NCBI RefSeq assembly: GCF_009914755.1
Contig: NC_060936.1
Length of the DNA stretch: 64,000 nucleotides
DNA from: the human T2T-CHM13v2.0 reference genome, Homo sapiens
Direction: 5' to 3' (one strand)
Each line of letters starts with the position of its first letter. Position 1 is the first letter of the stretch. A program made the translations under genes and the position numbers. Under the pieces are notes generated by a model. That model had not been told where the DNA came from, did no database searches, and was given only the letters and a program-made list of their open reading frames with translations. Shown piece by piece: positions 1 to 21,169 of this stretch.

Positions 1-409
1 TAAGAAAATTCCAAGAGAGAAAGATTTGTTAAAATTCCATCCAAGTTTTAACTTCCAAATGATAAGGTAATTATATATATATATATATGTTCAAAAAAAT
101 GCATGTGCACATGCACACACACACACACAGACGACCACAAAATAGTAGTATTTGCTAATGTATATCTGAATATGTATTTATTTTGACATTATGGACTAAA
201 TATAAACAAGAAGTATAATATCTGCTTCTTTCAAGGGTTTAGATCTCCAGAAATTTTACTGTACTGTGAGCAAAATATTTCTAGTTTTTTATTTTCTTTT
301 ATTTTGCTTTTGCCAAATCCCTTGCATCCATCACTGTTGGTCTTTTCGTAAGCGTGGCATGGTAGGGAGCAGAATTTTAGCAAAAACGAGTATTATGATG
401 GGATAACTA

Positions 410-760
410 TTTGTTTGGGGTGCTATAGAAAAATACCTTAGACTGGGTACTTTCTAAACAACAGAAATGCATTGCTTAAAGTTTTGGAGGCTGGGAAGTT
501 GCAGATCAAGGCACCAGCAGGTTTGGTGTCTGGTGAAGGCCTGTTCTTCATAGATGTTGCCTTCAGTGGGTCCTTACATGGTGGAAGGACAAAAAGGCTA
601 ACAAGCTCCCTTGGGTCTCTTTTGGGTGCCAATCCTATTGGTGAGGTCCTGTGCTCATGACCTAAATGCCCCCAAAAGGTCCCATCTCCTAATGCCATCG
701 CTTTGGTGATTAGGCTTCAACATATGAATTGTGGAGAGACACAAACATTCAGACCATGGA
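410..760 (-). mobile_element. MaLR solo LTR, MLT1A/MLT1A0-like
   Basis: Contains MLT1A hallmark text (ggaggctgggaagt..agatcaagg; ggcttcaacatatgaatt..gagacacaaacattcagaccat). It is the reverse-complement counterpart of the element at 10510. Confidence 0.8.
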
Positions 761-2338
761 ACCTATGTCTTTACTAACATGTATTTTACTACCATTTCCA
801 ATTATAGATCAGCTTGCTGCAAATTTCCAGAAACGCATCAACCTAATGATATTTTACTTTAAATCATAAAATATAGTTTTAAAATAGTTTTAGTAAAATA
901 ATTTTTATTCTATTGTATTCTTTTTTTGCAACCTGCAGTGATTTGCAACATTAACTCTCAAGCCAGCTTTTTCTTCTCTTTGACTTTTTATTAAATTTAA
1001 GATGAAAAAGAGTAATCAATAATAGAATGGTTTTATTAATAAAGACAGATCAATTTTACAGTTTTTCAAGATAAATGTTTTAGAGTTTGAAGCTATACTA
1101 CTCTAGAAGTACCCACAGTGAAATTTTACATGGAAAATTAAGAAACAAAACTAGGAGTCTTGAAATATCAAAGGGATAAACTTAAATTCAGGTAGGTTAA
1201 TTTGTAAAAACAAGATTGCAAGGATCAGCTGGAATGGTTTGGTTTGTTTTCTGAGGGGGTTACTTTTTTTGTTGTTGGTGAGTTGAGTGATGATTTATAT
1301 ATATATATATTATTATTATTTTGGGGGCCATCCTAAAAAAAACCCACTAAGCTAAAAACCTGTATGTTAGAATAGAAGACAATATTAAAAAGTATGTTCC
1401 AGTAAAGACACGTACTGTTTGGCTATGGCTACTCCCATTCTCCTGTATGTCAATTTCATGAATTTCTATTCAAATTCAGGATTCATAACCTATAACTACC
1501 ATGAAATATAAAATATTTCCCCAAAGTATGGAACCTGATGTCTAAAAGGACCCATTAGGCATACTGGGGCCTAAGAAAATAAAAGAATGCCATTTTATTT
1601 GAATTGCACTGATGTGTATAACTAGCTATTTTAATGTATCTAATAAGTGTAAAACAGAAGAACAGAAGTTAAATTGTACCAAGAAGGAACTTGGTTTGGT
1701 AGCATCAAAATGTGAGAGGGTGAGAAATTCCATCATGTGACAAAATGACTTTGAGGTATCCCTTTGAGGTAGCTACAATCTTTGTGGGCAGGGAGTTGAT
1801 TAATGGTTGGATGTAGTCTGGGCTGTCTGTGAAAAGGCCATTAAAATATACTCAATTAGGACTTGACTGTCCAGATTTGACAGGAGTAGGAATCTGCTAT
1901 GGAGGATTATCCACACTCCACTGCATCACTCAACTCTTCTTTATAGATTAGGAAATAAGATTCACTATGAAGGCTCAGCAGGTATAACTGGGCACACCTT
2001 ATTCTTGGTTTCCAATCTCAGTGTATTCTGGTCCTTCAAGATTAGTTGGCACTTTCCTGACCTTTATTATGGCTGGAACTCTTAAGCAAGCCGTACATAC
2101 CTGCAGAAATAGGCCACAGTGCTGTTTGAGTTAGAAGTCTGTCGAGAAAAAGCTGGATTGGGGTTACTGATGCCTTTTGCTCCACATGGGGACCAACGCC
2201 TGTTGAGAGTAAATTTGGTAATCAGAGGATCCCTCTCATTTCCTGCAAACAAAAACTGGAAAGAAGAGACAAAAATATCTTATGAGTAGAGACTCTTATA
2301 ATTTCATTTGTCCTTAACTCTCAGTCCAGTTCATTTTT

Positions 2339-2603
2339 CTTTTTTACTTTTTTATTTTCTTTACAGACAGGGTCTCGCTCTGTCACCCAGGCTGGAATGA
2401 AGTGGCACCGTCATAACTCACTGCAAACTGCATTTTCCAGGCTTAAGAGATCCTGCCTCTCCTGCCTCAACCTCCTGAGTAGCTGGGAATACAACCATGT
2501 TGCTATGTTGCTCAAACTCCTGGCCTCAAGTGATCCTCCTACCTCAGCCTCCTGCCTCAGCCTCCCAAACTGCTGGATTACAGGCTTGAGCCACAACACT
2601 TGG
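2339..2603 (-). mobile_element. AluJ-like element, internally deleted
   Basis: Antisense Alu with T-tail and no middle linker. TSD ccagttcattttt at 2326-2338 and 2604-2616. Confidence 0.9.
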
Positions 2604-2749
2604 CCAGTTCATTTTTTTAATCCATCAACTTCTCAGGCCTTTCTCTGGTTTGTTGTATTCTGTGGTTTTGAAGGTGGCACAATTACTTGAATATGAACAG
2701 GAAGCACTCTTCATCTGGTACCTACCATGGTCTGCGTACTAAACGGAGA

Positions 2750-2930
2750 CCTTGTATTTATCATTTCTAATCTTTACACCAGCTCAGCAAGTTTGGTGTT
2801 ATCATAATTTTACAGATGAGGAAACCAAAACTCAGAATGGTTACTAGATTTGCTTAAGATCATAAAGCTAGTAGGTCATAAAATAGGGATTCAAACTGAG
2901 ACTCATCAGGGTCCAAAGTCAGGACCATCT
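2750..2930. mobile_element. MIR fragment
   Basis: MIR core ttttacagatgaggaaac...gggattcaaac. Confidence 0.7.
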
Positions 2931-4029
2931 CCTCAACTCTATACTGACATTCATTCCTCTTGTCCTTATCCATGCGGATTATGTGAGACTATCAGTTCTG
3001 GAAAGTAATTAAGTACACGTTCAGAGAGGCGAGTTTGTTTAAAAATTATAGGGGAAGCTACATCATTATACGCTTACCTTAATCCTCCTGTCTCCCTCCA
3101 TCTCTGTCAAGCTCCGAGGCTCAGAAATATGGAGGCAAAGAGTGGAGGGGAAAGGATGTGTGTGGAGTGAGACAAGTGACAAGGCTAGGGCTGTTTTTCT
3201 ATTTTTATATACATTGATTTTTTATGTGTATATTTTTTCTTGTTTCTATCTTACATACAAGCTAGAATTAACATAAATTTCCCCTTCTGCTATGCTACCC
3301 CAACTCCATTTAAATTTCCAACTTGATTATGTAAATTAAATTGCATGTTATTTATGTTGCAATAGAAGAGTCAGAGAGAATTCTGACTAACTGGATTTGT
3401 TTCCGTGATTTTCTTTTTCCTTATTCCAGAAAGCTAAGTTTTTGGCAGTTGGTAGTTTGCAGGACTGAAAGCAGAAGCTGCTTCCAGAAGACCCCCCCCC
3501 AACCGCCCTCTTAATTTTGTGAGAATCCAAGCCCACTGGAGAAATTATGCCAGGAAATTCAGAGTGGAAGGGGAAAAGAGTTAGTGTCTGAAGGAAGATA
3601 TGCGAAAGCAGAATTCAGGTTAAGAAGAGTCTCAAGCCTGGGGAAAAAACAGTAAGCTCCTCTGTGTAACTGGGACTGTGGCTGTTCCCTCTGGTGCTGC
3701 CTGGAAGGACTTTGAAATGTGGAGGATATCTTCATAGTAGGCACATTTGAGTAGCACCCTGTTCCTCAAGGCTCTCAATTCTAGCAAAGATTCCCATGAA
3801 CACTGTGGTGCAGAGCCACAGAACCACTGGACTTGGGCATTCCTGCAAGCTGGACAGCGTTCATCTCAGCAGTAAGTGGTCAGAATCTAGATTAAAGACT
3901 AAACAGCATGCTCTATTGAAGATGGGATGGACGTGACGAGGAGGGGATGGATTTGGGATGGATTCCCCCAAACAAAATTAATTTTAAGTGAAAGAAAATA
4001 ATGTCGGCTGATTTTTTTTTTTTTTTTGT

Positions 4030-4464
4030 CTCCGACATCCATTCTTTACCATTTTTCTCCCTGCTCTGTGCCCCAGAGAATGAACCACTTTGAACAGCTT
4101 CTACAGGCTTCTTTGCTCTGGCTTCCAGCTGGGTCCAATCATTGGAGGGCACTGCAGAAGAAGAGAATGGAGTGACTTGGGATATTTATTTCCAAGGATC
4201 CCTCTCTTCAGAGTCCCTTTCCTGAAGGCAGCAAATACCGTCTGGCGGCCCCGTCTAGTCTGGGTTGGGTTCTGGAAACAATTTCCTCTCTGCACTCTCA
4301 AACCCTAGGATCTTTATAAGCTTCCCTGAGGGTGCTTCACCATTCCTGGTTGATTTCCCCTAATCCTACCTACACATTTTACGGTATTTTGTTGTCGTTG
4401 TTGTTAAAAATCTCAATTAATTGCCTTTTATCATGCTTTTTCCTGCCAGGGCCCTGACTGATAC
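4030..4464 (+). mobile_element. ERVL solo LTR, LTR33-like
   Basis: Ends in tttcctgccagggccctgactgataca and has internal ggcttccagctgggt and ttgatttcccctaatcct motifs. Family from recall. Confidence 0.6.
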
Positions 4465-4626
4465 ATGATATGACTTTTTTTCCCACCACACCCAAATATG
4501 TGGACTACGATTCATGTCTCTTATATATGCCTTCCCCCCGGCCCCCCTGCCACTGGAATTACCAAAGTATTTGTGTGGTCCATATCGGAGCCATGGGTAG
4601 ATTACAACTCTTAACACTGAAGCCAA

Positions 4627-4709
4627 ATCATTTTGAAATTTTAGCACCGAAAGTCCCACATCCTGGGAAATGCCTTAGTCCCAGGCAAACTGGATGACTG
4701 GTCAGCCTA
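4627..4709. mobile_element. Partial hAT MITE (MER81-like); copy 1 of a 75-bp local duplication
   Basis: ttttagcaccgaaagtcccacatcctgggaaa...cccaggcaaactggatgactggtcagccta resembles one half of MER81. Confidence 0.6.
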
Positions 4710-5886
4710 GCTGTGACTCTGGTATAGATTTGGGTGTGCACTTTCACAAGTCCCTAGTGATATGTGTCTAGCAGACCATGGTGAGACTGTTTGAAAGTTA
4801 CTACACAATTACACATATAAGATTGTCCAGCAGAAGATAAAGAAATTAAATGAGGGTAAATACAATCCTGTTCTGGTGTTTAGCATTACCTGGAGAGTAC
4901 TTTTTGGGGGCCTGACTATAAGACCATCATTTCAGAATGGACTGTTAAAAATTAAACTTCTGCTCTAAGGTGGTGGCGTTATGTTTTCAGAATCCTGGGC
5001 ACAAGGCAAACATCATTTCCTCAAACTTGGACATGCCATCTGACACATGGTTTAACATGATGGGACAGATGACAGAACCTGGAAATGCCACTTAGATTAA
5101 GTTGGAGATGATTACCTACCAGAAACCGAGAGTGTTTTTAGGAGACACAATTTCCATCCCAAGAGAGAAGACATTTCTATCTTGATTAAGGCTCAATAAT
5201 GAGGTTGCAGGTAGCTGAGAAAGGAAGATGACCTCTGGAACTTCTGGGGATGTCAACCTCAGGAAGCCACTACTGCTCTCAAGTCATGTGTTTCTGAGAC
5301 TAGTTCAAGATACTTGACAGCTGGTTCTGGGTTCTTAAAACCAGAGAAGATTGTAGGTAAACATCCCAAATGTTGCCAGAAAGCTCGGGGAAGCTGACTA
5401 TATTCATAGTAAGGTTAGCTGGCCCATTCAGCCCTGGTATGGGCAGGAGCAAAGCTGAGCGTCCTTCTGTCTGCAAAGCCTAATCTGACTGTACTCAATC
5501 CCTTTGCCAAACTTCTCTCAACTAGTGAATCTGGTAAAAGAAACTGTTTCCTTCCATAGCAGGAGACAGGGTGCAGGCAAATAGATCCTTTTCTGTGGAT
5601 TGGCCCAAGGCCCAGGAGAGAGTTGATGGGGAATTAAGGTGGCAATTAAAATGTCTGAATGCTACTTTTCAAAGTTTTAGGTAACTGGGGCCCCTGCATA
5701 TCCACACTGGATACGCTTCTCTCGTTCTCACCAGAGAATCAACTTCTGTGAATGCTTGGATGCTGCTGGTACCCCCACTGAATTGTCACAGACTTTAACC
5801 TACCATTAATGTGGTGGCCTGAGGCACCTGGAGAGAGCCTGGGACCTCAAAGAGACTGGCCCCATAGCGACACTAGCTCTACCAGT

Positions 5887-5961
5887 ATCATTTTGAAATT
5901 TTAGCACCGAAAGTCCCACATCCTGGGAAATGCCTTAGTCCCAGGCAAAATGGATGACTGG
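5887..5961 (+). repeat. Copy 2 of the 75-bp direct repeat
   Basis: 74/75 identical to 4627-4701, offset 1260 bp. Confidence 0.95.
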
Positions 5962-5989
5962 ATAATGGAGATTTGAAGTCATATGTCCT

Positions 5990-6523
<534 letters not shown>

Positions 6524-7982
6524 TTAGGGGTGTGCAATCACCCTTCTTTTATTGTGCTTTTGAGGAAAATTTATGTGCTCACAACTAACCACACAATTAG
6601 TGCTTTGATGAAAAAGCTGAGTGTGTTTTGGGGTTCTTTAAGAGGGGGAGTTCCAGTGGGGCCACTCTTGTCTCAGTAGAAGCCACATGCAATTGACACC
6701 TCTTTTGCTTGACTCACACACTGTGCTTAGGAACTGGGAAAAGTGAACCAGCTCTTACCAGGTACTTTCTCTCTTACAGAGAACTGGTTGTGCTTGGGAA
6801 AGATTTTTAGACAATAATAAACTGGAAATTTGAGAGAGGAAAGTACAGTCTAAACCTTCACCTGGTAATGGATGAAGAGCAAGGAGAGTGGGACCACCCT
6901 CTCATTCTTTTCCCAAACATGGATGGATGTGAGCAGGGGACTATGACCCAAGGGTCAGGGGGAAAGGAGAAATGGAATGGCTTCAAGGATGAAGAGGCTT
7001 GACTGAAGATTTGGTTTGAATGAGTAACTCACTGTTTCCCACCAATTAAAAAAACCTCATATCTCTGTGTAAGCCCCACATGGCTACTCCGTTATCTGAG
7101 ACTCCAAGTTCTCTGAGACTAATAAAGACTCTGAGTAGCCCTCTCAATAAGTGGATTTGGAACTGTTCTGGAAGAAAGAAAAATTTCCAAGAAGACTCAG
7201 TTTCTGAAAGGCACAGGCAAGAAATGTCCCCTGTGCTCAGCTCACATATTCAGCTCTTGAGGAACTCGGGGAACTTATCGCCCCTCCATCCAGCCACTGA
7301 TTTTTCTGATGGTTCCTGTCTTTGAAACATCTCTCATTCAGGCTAAAAAAAATGGTTTCTTTTTGTATGCTGTGAAGAGGACAACAAAATAGGTGTAAAT
7401 TTTCTTTATAGAGATATGTGAATTGATTATGAAAATGGGGTAGAACAACACTGAAATATAATATTAAATTATATCTTTTTGTCAGCCTGGTTGAGTGACA
7501 GGTTGGATTTGATTTAATTTCATTTAAAGAAAATAAAATAATTTGACAATTCATGGATATCTCATTTTGTAAAGATTCATGTCCTCATTATTTTCTTGAA
7601 ACCATATCAAGTTCTGTAATAAGTGTAGATGTCTTGGTGACAGTTAATTTAGTATCTACCACGTGTTAAGCCCCACACTACAGAGCTAATTCTAACTAGT
7701 TAATATGTACACCCAGCCAGCTGATCACAAGAAGATTAGTTTACAGGTCATGAGTCATCAGTGTAACTCCAAAAATTTGCCTTTCTTATGTGCATATCTT
7801 AAAAAAGAGACAGGTATTAACAGTGTCCACTGTCTCAAGGCTGATTTCCTATTACTTCCTTCTGCCTCTACAGTGTCCCTGGGGAAATACTTTCTTTTAC
7901 CATTTTTAAATTTTTTCATTCAATTTTTTAAACAGAGGGAGGGATATGCGCTATTGTGAAAAGCTTAAAAAGTAAAGAGTTT

Positions 7983-9420
<1,438 letters not shown>

Positions 9421-10045
9421 TAAAAGCATTTTTTTAACCTTTCAGGATTTTTCTATACATTTACAATGTTTGTGTGCATGTATATATATATAGATACTAT
9501 ATATTCAAATGCATTTTCTGTCATTATAAATAAAGTTTACTTTAAAAATTTATTAATCTACCAATTGCTATGATAAAACCACAGAACTGGGCACTGAAGA
9601 GGAGTTAGAGAGGTTCTTAGTGGTGCACCAAGAAGCCTAAGGCCTCAAAGTAGACAGTATGGCATCTTTGTCATTGGCTATGGTTCCTATGGTCACCTGG
9701 CAGGTTGGGGAACAGAGCAAAATAAGGATAAAGAGCATAATGTGAATATCTTACTATGTCTGAACACCCAAATCAAAATATAAAACACATTAAATATGTA
9801 TGATAAATATGGGCCATTATACATTTGGCATATTTTGTCACTTATTCATCTTAATATATGTCAGATTTGTAATCCATGCAGCATCTAGCATATTGTGGAG
9901 ATTTAATAAAATTTTAAGATAACTAAGAAAATAACATTATTTTATTAGGTTCTGTTGGTCAATCACAATGCTCATGACCAAAACGCAAAAGAGACATTAG
10001 TTGTAGAAAGACTCTGCTATTGATTGTGAGCCCTTCAGAATATAA

Positions 10046-10372
<327 letters not shown>

Positions 10373-10509
10373 TTCTTTTCCCTATCTTTAAAAGGCCATA
10401 ATAATGCTGATTCATTTCTCAGCAGCTCTCTGGGGAGTAACTTGTAAACAATGTCTAAGGACTTCAATAACTTACGAATGCCTTATAAAGCTAAGTTAAT
10501 ACTGTCAGG

Positions 10510-11022
10510 TGTTATGGGCTGAATGTTTGTTTCCCTTCCTCCCCAAATTTCATATGTTGAAGCCCTAACCATCAATGTGATGGTATTTGGAGATATGGCC
10601 TTTTGGAAGGAATTAGGTTCAGAGGAAGTTATGAGGATGGGGCCACCATGATGGAATTAGTATCTTTATAAGAAGAGGAAAAGACCAGAACCCTCCCTCT
10701 CCCTGCCTTGTGAGGACTCAGCGAGAAGGCAGTCATCTGCAAGCCAGGAAGAGAGCCCTCCCTGGGGTAAAAAGTGGGATGGTACCAGCAAGAAGGCAGC
10801 CATCTGCAAGCCAGGAAGAGAGCACTCACTGGGCTACCAAGTGGGATGGTACCCGCAAGAAGGCAGCCATCTGCAAGCCAGGAAGAGAGCCCTCACTGCG
10901 GTACCAAGTGGGATGGTACCTCAATCTTGGATTTCCCAGGTTCTAGAACTGTGAGAAATAAATTCTTGTCCTTTAAGTCACCCAGTTTATATTTGTTATG
11001 GCAGCCTGAGCTGACTAAGACA
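10510..11022 (+). mobile_element. MaLR solo LTR (MLT1A0-like) with an internal triplication
   Basis: Starts tgttatgggctgaatgtttg and ends tgttatggcagcctgagctgactaagaca. Confidence 0.85.
10720..10920 (+). repeat. Tandem repeat, 3 x 67 bp
   Basis: Units start at 10720, 10787 and 10854: (a/c)gc(g/a)agaaggcag(t/c)catctgcaagccaggaagagagc...aagtgggatggtacc. Confidence 0.95.
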
Positions 11023-11427
11023 ACCGGATATCTCTGTCACATACAACTCTGTAGTCTCAGATTGTAAAGAGTGGAGTGAGTGGGAGGTCTCAAGACTGGC
11101 TGGAGGCAGTAAAGAGCTTTAAGAAATATTGCATGTGAACATTGTGACAGTAAAGATATATACGTTACTGTTATTTATTTGGGGATGTAATTCCAGGAGC
11201 AATGCAATATGTACCAAACAGAATCAAATGAATAATGTAGCAAAATTTTGAAACACCTACCAAAAGGTAAAGTTCTTACAGAGCCCAGGAAGGTTATTTC
11301 AGGTGCTTACCTACAACTCTAGTTAACTTGGCTTGTTTGTTATCACTCCTCTGAATGATACGAAGCAAAGAGGTAATGGAATTCCCCAAGCTTGACTCAG
11401 CATGCCCTTTCTTTCCCCACCCCCCAC

Positions 11428-11700
11428 TTTTTTTTTTCTTATTTTGAGACAAAGTCTTGCTTTGTCACCTAGGCTGGAGTACAGTGGCCTGGTTACTACT
11501 CAGTGCAGCCTTGACCTCCTGGGCTCAAGCAGTCCTTCCACCCCAGCTTCCTGAGTTGCTGGGACTATAGCAATGCATCACCACACCCTGCTATGAATAA
11601 TTTTTTTTTTGTAGAGACAAGGTCTGGCTTTGTTGCCCAGACTAGTCTCAGACTCCTGGCCTCAAGCAATCCTCCTGCTTTGGCCTCCCAAAGTGCTGGA
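11428..11700 (-). mobile_element. AluJ, 5'-truncated
   Basis: Antisense Alu from the T-tail to cccaaagtgctgg. Confidence 0.9.
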
Positions 11701-13941
11701 AAGGCAGGTCTTTTTCCCCTTTTATCATTTTTTCCTCTCTTTTCCAGGCTCTGGCCCTCTCTTTTCCAGGCTCTGGCCCTCTCTTCAGCAACACTAGCAT
11801 CTTGTTACCCTTCTCTTACTTACATATACACAGAAGGCTGTCACCAATGAGAACTAATTTGAGTTATTCACATTAAAACTTCACCTACTATAAAATATAT
11901 GCCCCAAGTAGACTGAAATTCTAACAAATAGAAACACATACATTTTAGTTAGTGTGTTTTTGTAAAGAGATTTCATAGCTTGTGAAAACTTCAATGGGTT
12001 AGCAGTGGTTGCCTGGACTGTTTCATTAAGAAGAGCTCTGGGGTCATATCTGAGCTCAGCATGAAGGAGAACGTTGACGGGTTAGTGATACCAAACATGT
12101 CCACATAGGATTAGTGGGGGCGTTCCTGTGTGGATCTTCCATCTATAGGTAAATGTATCGCCCCCTCTACAAATCCTCTTTTTACTCATGTGCTGTCACG
12201 GCTTCATATGTTTTTACAGACTGTTTCATGTGTCTGGAATACCCTTTCTTGTTTGCACACCTGAGAGCTTTCTTTTTTCAAGACTGTGTTCACACTGTAC
12301 CTTTTTTCCACAGCCTCTCCCAGCTTCTCAAAGCTTCTTTTGACATTACTGATTGTGAACTTCTGGTTTCTCACCAATCTCTGCAGCACCTGAAGAGGGC
12401 CCAACTAAAAGTGAGCACCAAAAGAATGATAAGGGAGTAAATGTTCACACACAAGAAAAAACACAATCTAGTGGAGGAAAACAGAAGACAAGCAGCATCT
12501 AATATAGGAAGTTAAGCATGCAAAGAACACAAAAAAGTGACTTGCAGTATTGTAGGTATTTGGAGGCAAAGAAAAATCTGGGGATAAGGCAAAGAAGTGT
12601 GGAGGAAATGACATTTGAGTGATACTTTGACAAACATAATATTTTGGGAGAGATGGCAAGGATCATTGGCATAAAGGCAGTGTAGGTAAGGATGAAAATG
12701 TCCTCAAAAAGGCATTTATGCCATTTTATATCACTGACAGTATAATATAAACTAGTTTAATAAAACAGCCTCTGTTTAATAAAACAGCCTCTGTTGTGTT
12801 GAATAAATAGTGAGAGAAGATGAGAATCTATTTTGTGGAAGTTCAAGGTCAGATCCCACCCTCCCTCTGGGAACAAATCTAAGAGCAGAAACACTAAAGA
12901 ATTATTGGAATGATGAAAGAAAAAAGGGAGATAAGTTACCCAAAATAAACTTTCCTGCATCTTACATTTGCTGAATTAGGTCTGCCAACAAGGTCCTGAT
13001 GGAATAATAAATAAAAGTAGTGATCATTACTTAGAAAAAAGTAAAGCTAAGGAGGGCAAGGCATGGAATATTGACAAAATGAGGAAGTTATTCTGCAATG
13101 AAACCTCTGTTTCATAACTGCCAGGGAACTTGAAATGGGAACTGTAAGAGGTATAAGATAACTCATCTTTGTAGAAACATTTGTAGAAACATTTGGCTTG
13201 AAACTACTGTGGGTTTGACTTTGAATTTTTGCCTAGATGATCTTGTAGTTCTGTTTCTTTTGTTTGCAAAATAGGAATAATGATGGTTATGATGATGATG
13301 ACTGAAAAAACTTTTGTAAGGATTAAGTAACCTAATTGAGTTCCTTGCACATAATAGGACCCTAAAGTAATGTATGGTGCCTTCTCTGAGTTCTAGGCAT
13401 TATAACATATTCTATGCACTGGGCATTTTAGTATATGTTATCTGATAGTGTTCTCAACATCACTTTTAATAGGTATTAAGAAAACCAGGATACAGTCAAA
13501 CAAATGTCCTCAGAGAGTTAGGTAAATCCTCAGATTCCATATTTAGTAAATGGCAGACCTAGATCTTAAAGACTGGATGGCCTGGCAACAAAGCTGTAAT
13601 AATTCCCTTATACCACGCTCCTTCACAAACATGTGACAATTTGAGCACATATTTTTTCCCTTTTCATTTTGTCTAGTACTAGCCTTGACTCCAGCTTTTG
13701 AGCTTTCACTTACCTTTGAGAGTATGTAGATGGCATTTGTGAATGCACCTATGTATTTCTTAACTCTCCAGACCACCATTGTACCAAATCGTAAATGGAC
13801 CTTGAGAAGGAGGCCAGTTAAAAATTTTGCTGTATATATTTGTTTGATTTTGGTTTTTGTTACATTTGGTTGTGTTTGGTATAACTCTTTATAAACCTAG
13901 AAAAATGTCAGTTAGAAATGGTTTCTCTGTCCTGAGCTTAG

Positions 13942-14144
13942 AGCAAGAGTTCTTAAAGTGCAATCCCAGATCAGCAGCATTGCATCATCAGGGAATTTGC
14001 GAGAGATGCAAATTCTTGGACCATATACCCCAGACCTAGTGAATCGGAAATTTGAAGGGGAAGAAGGTGTCTGGCAGGCAGAAGTCTATGTTTTAACAAG
14101 CCCTGTAGGCAATTCTAGAGGGTACTGTAGTTTGGGAAGCACTG
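13942..14144. mobile_element. MER5A (hAT-Charlie MITE)
   Basis: gatgcaaattct..ccccagaccta.tgaatcggaaa..tgttttaacaagccct..agtttgggaagcactg. Confidence 0.8.
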
Positions 14145-14371
14145 ATGTAGGGCATAAGCAGCATGTAATTTAGCTTTTGATAATAGCTTACACTTATAAT
14201 GCATTGGTAACTTTTGCCTTTCTTTTTTGCTAAGTATAATAATAAATGTTGGTTGTAAACAACTTCAGAATGTCATTTTAAAAATTCACTGACTTGCTTC
14301 TAATCAAGATATTAAATATCCTTGCTACATCTGCTTTATTATTATTATTAATTTTCCCTAGGCTAAAGTCT

Positions 14372-19645
<5,274 letters not shown>

Positions 19646-19669
19646 TAACATATATCAGTGACTCCATCT

Positions 19670-19942
19670 TGGGTCGCACTGTGTCTCCTAGGCTGGAACG
19701 CAGCGTAATGATCATAGCTCACTGCAGCCGTGAACTCTTGGGCTCAAACAAATCATTTCACCTCAGCCTCCCATGTAGTTATGTCTACAAGCTTGTGCCA
19801 TTGCACCTGGCTAGTTTTTAATTTTTTTGTAGAGACAGGGTCTCGCTATGTTGCCCAGGCTGGTCTCCAACTGGTCTCCTGGATTCACAGTGATCCACCT
19901 GCCTCAGCCTCCCAAAGTGTTGGGATTATAGGCTCCACCCAG
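19670..19942 (-). mobile_element. AluJ, degenerate and tail-less
   Basis: Antisense dimeric Alu text with central ttttaatttttttgtagagac. Confidence 0.85.
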
Positions 19943-21169
19943 CAAGGTACATTTAAAAAAAAATTTATTCTAAAAATAGTCAGACTGAGGTATAGATGGA
20001 AATATGAATTCAGAATATTATAATTTTGGCCTATCTTTAAATATTTGGAAAAACTGTTAAAATCTGTATCCCAAATTATGGTTTTATGAGTGTTATTACC
20101 ATAGATACAGGGGGAAATGTGGACATGCCAAATGGTTTAGAATTTCATCCTGATCATCCAGGAAATGAATTATTTCTTTTTAACTTCTCAAAAAGACATT
20201 TAGCCAGTCATAACATATGTCTCCTGGGGTGTCTGTGTTTTTCAGTACATACTGCTTTGATAATCATCACCCTTGTTTATGTTTAGCTGCTTGACAGCTG
20301 TTGCCAGGCCATATTGAATTCTCTTTCTCAGAGGTTAGGAGCCAAAATTCACAGATATAAGTCAGTCTCTGATAGTCACTTAAGCTGAGGATGTGGGAAT
20401 TCAGGAGCTGTCGGGTCTAGAGAGGAGAAAGTCAGCCAATAGAAAGAGGCAATAGTCCAAAGATATCAAGAAAACCATGGACTAGAGAATGTGGAAAGAA
20501 AAAAGTTTGAACAACTGTGTAATTCTTATAGTTTTCCAGTTGTTGATTCTAATCTCCTGTATCACTTAAAGAAACTTCTTGTTTTCTTTGAAATGACCCG
20601 TAATTACACTGAAAAGCCATCTTTTTCCTCCCTTTAACTCAATTTGAAGAGAATTCTGTTATTTCTAATTCAACACACCTTAACGTGACATTCAATGAAG
20701 AAATGTTCCTGCCCCATTTAAGCATTAGGGAAGAAAAGTCAGTGACCCTGATATAAACACTAAAATTGAAACTGCTGTAGCTATACAATCATTATTTAAT
20801 AGTGGCTTAAAGAGTTACTAATATTATCCTGTGCTAAAGATGAATAGAATCTTTTAAGGCTTCTTTTCAGTTATGAAAAAAATGGCAAAATTTCTCCTTT
20901 CTATATCAGTGAGGAAGATGGTTAGGAAGAAAGGCCACTTTGTGTTAGTCAAACAGGCTTTCTTCAGAGCTGTCAGCGGGCTGTGATGAAAGAACCATGA
21001 CACTGACCCTAGACTAAGGTTTGAATTCCGCCGAGGTCACTCACTACCTCAGTTACCTTGGATAATTTACTTGATTTCTCCCTTTCTAGTTCTTTTTCTG
21101 TAAAATGAGGAAGAGAATGGTAAAGTCTCCTTTGCATTACTGTGAGGATTGCCAAAGGTCTGGATCACA

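Noticed and set aside
10720-10920. Regular repeats as a CRISPR-like array
   Set aside because: The units are contiguous tandem copies with no unique spacers, lie inside a mammalian LTR, and have no cas genes nearby.
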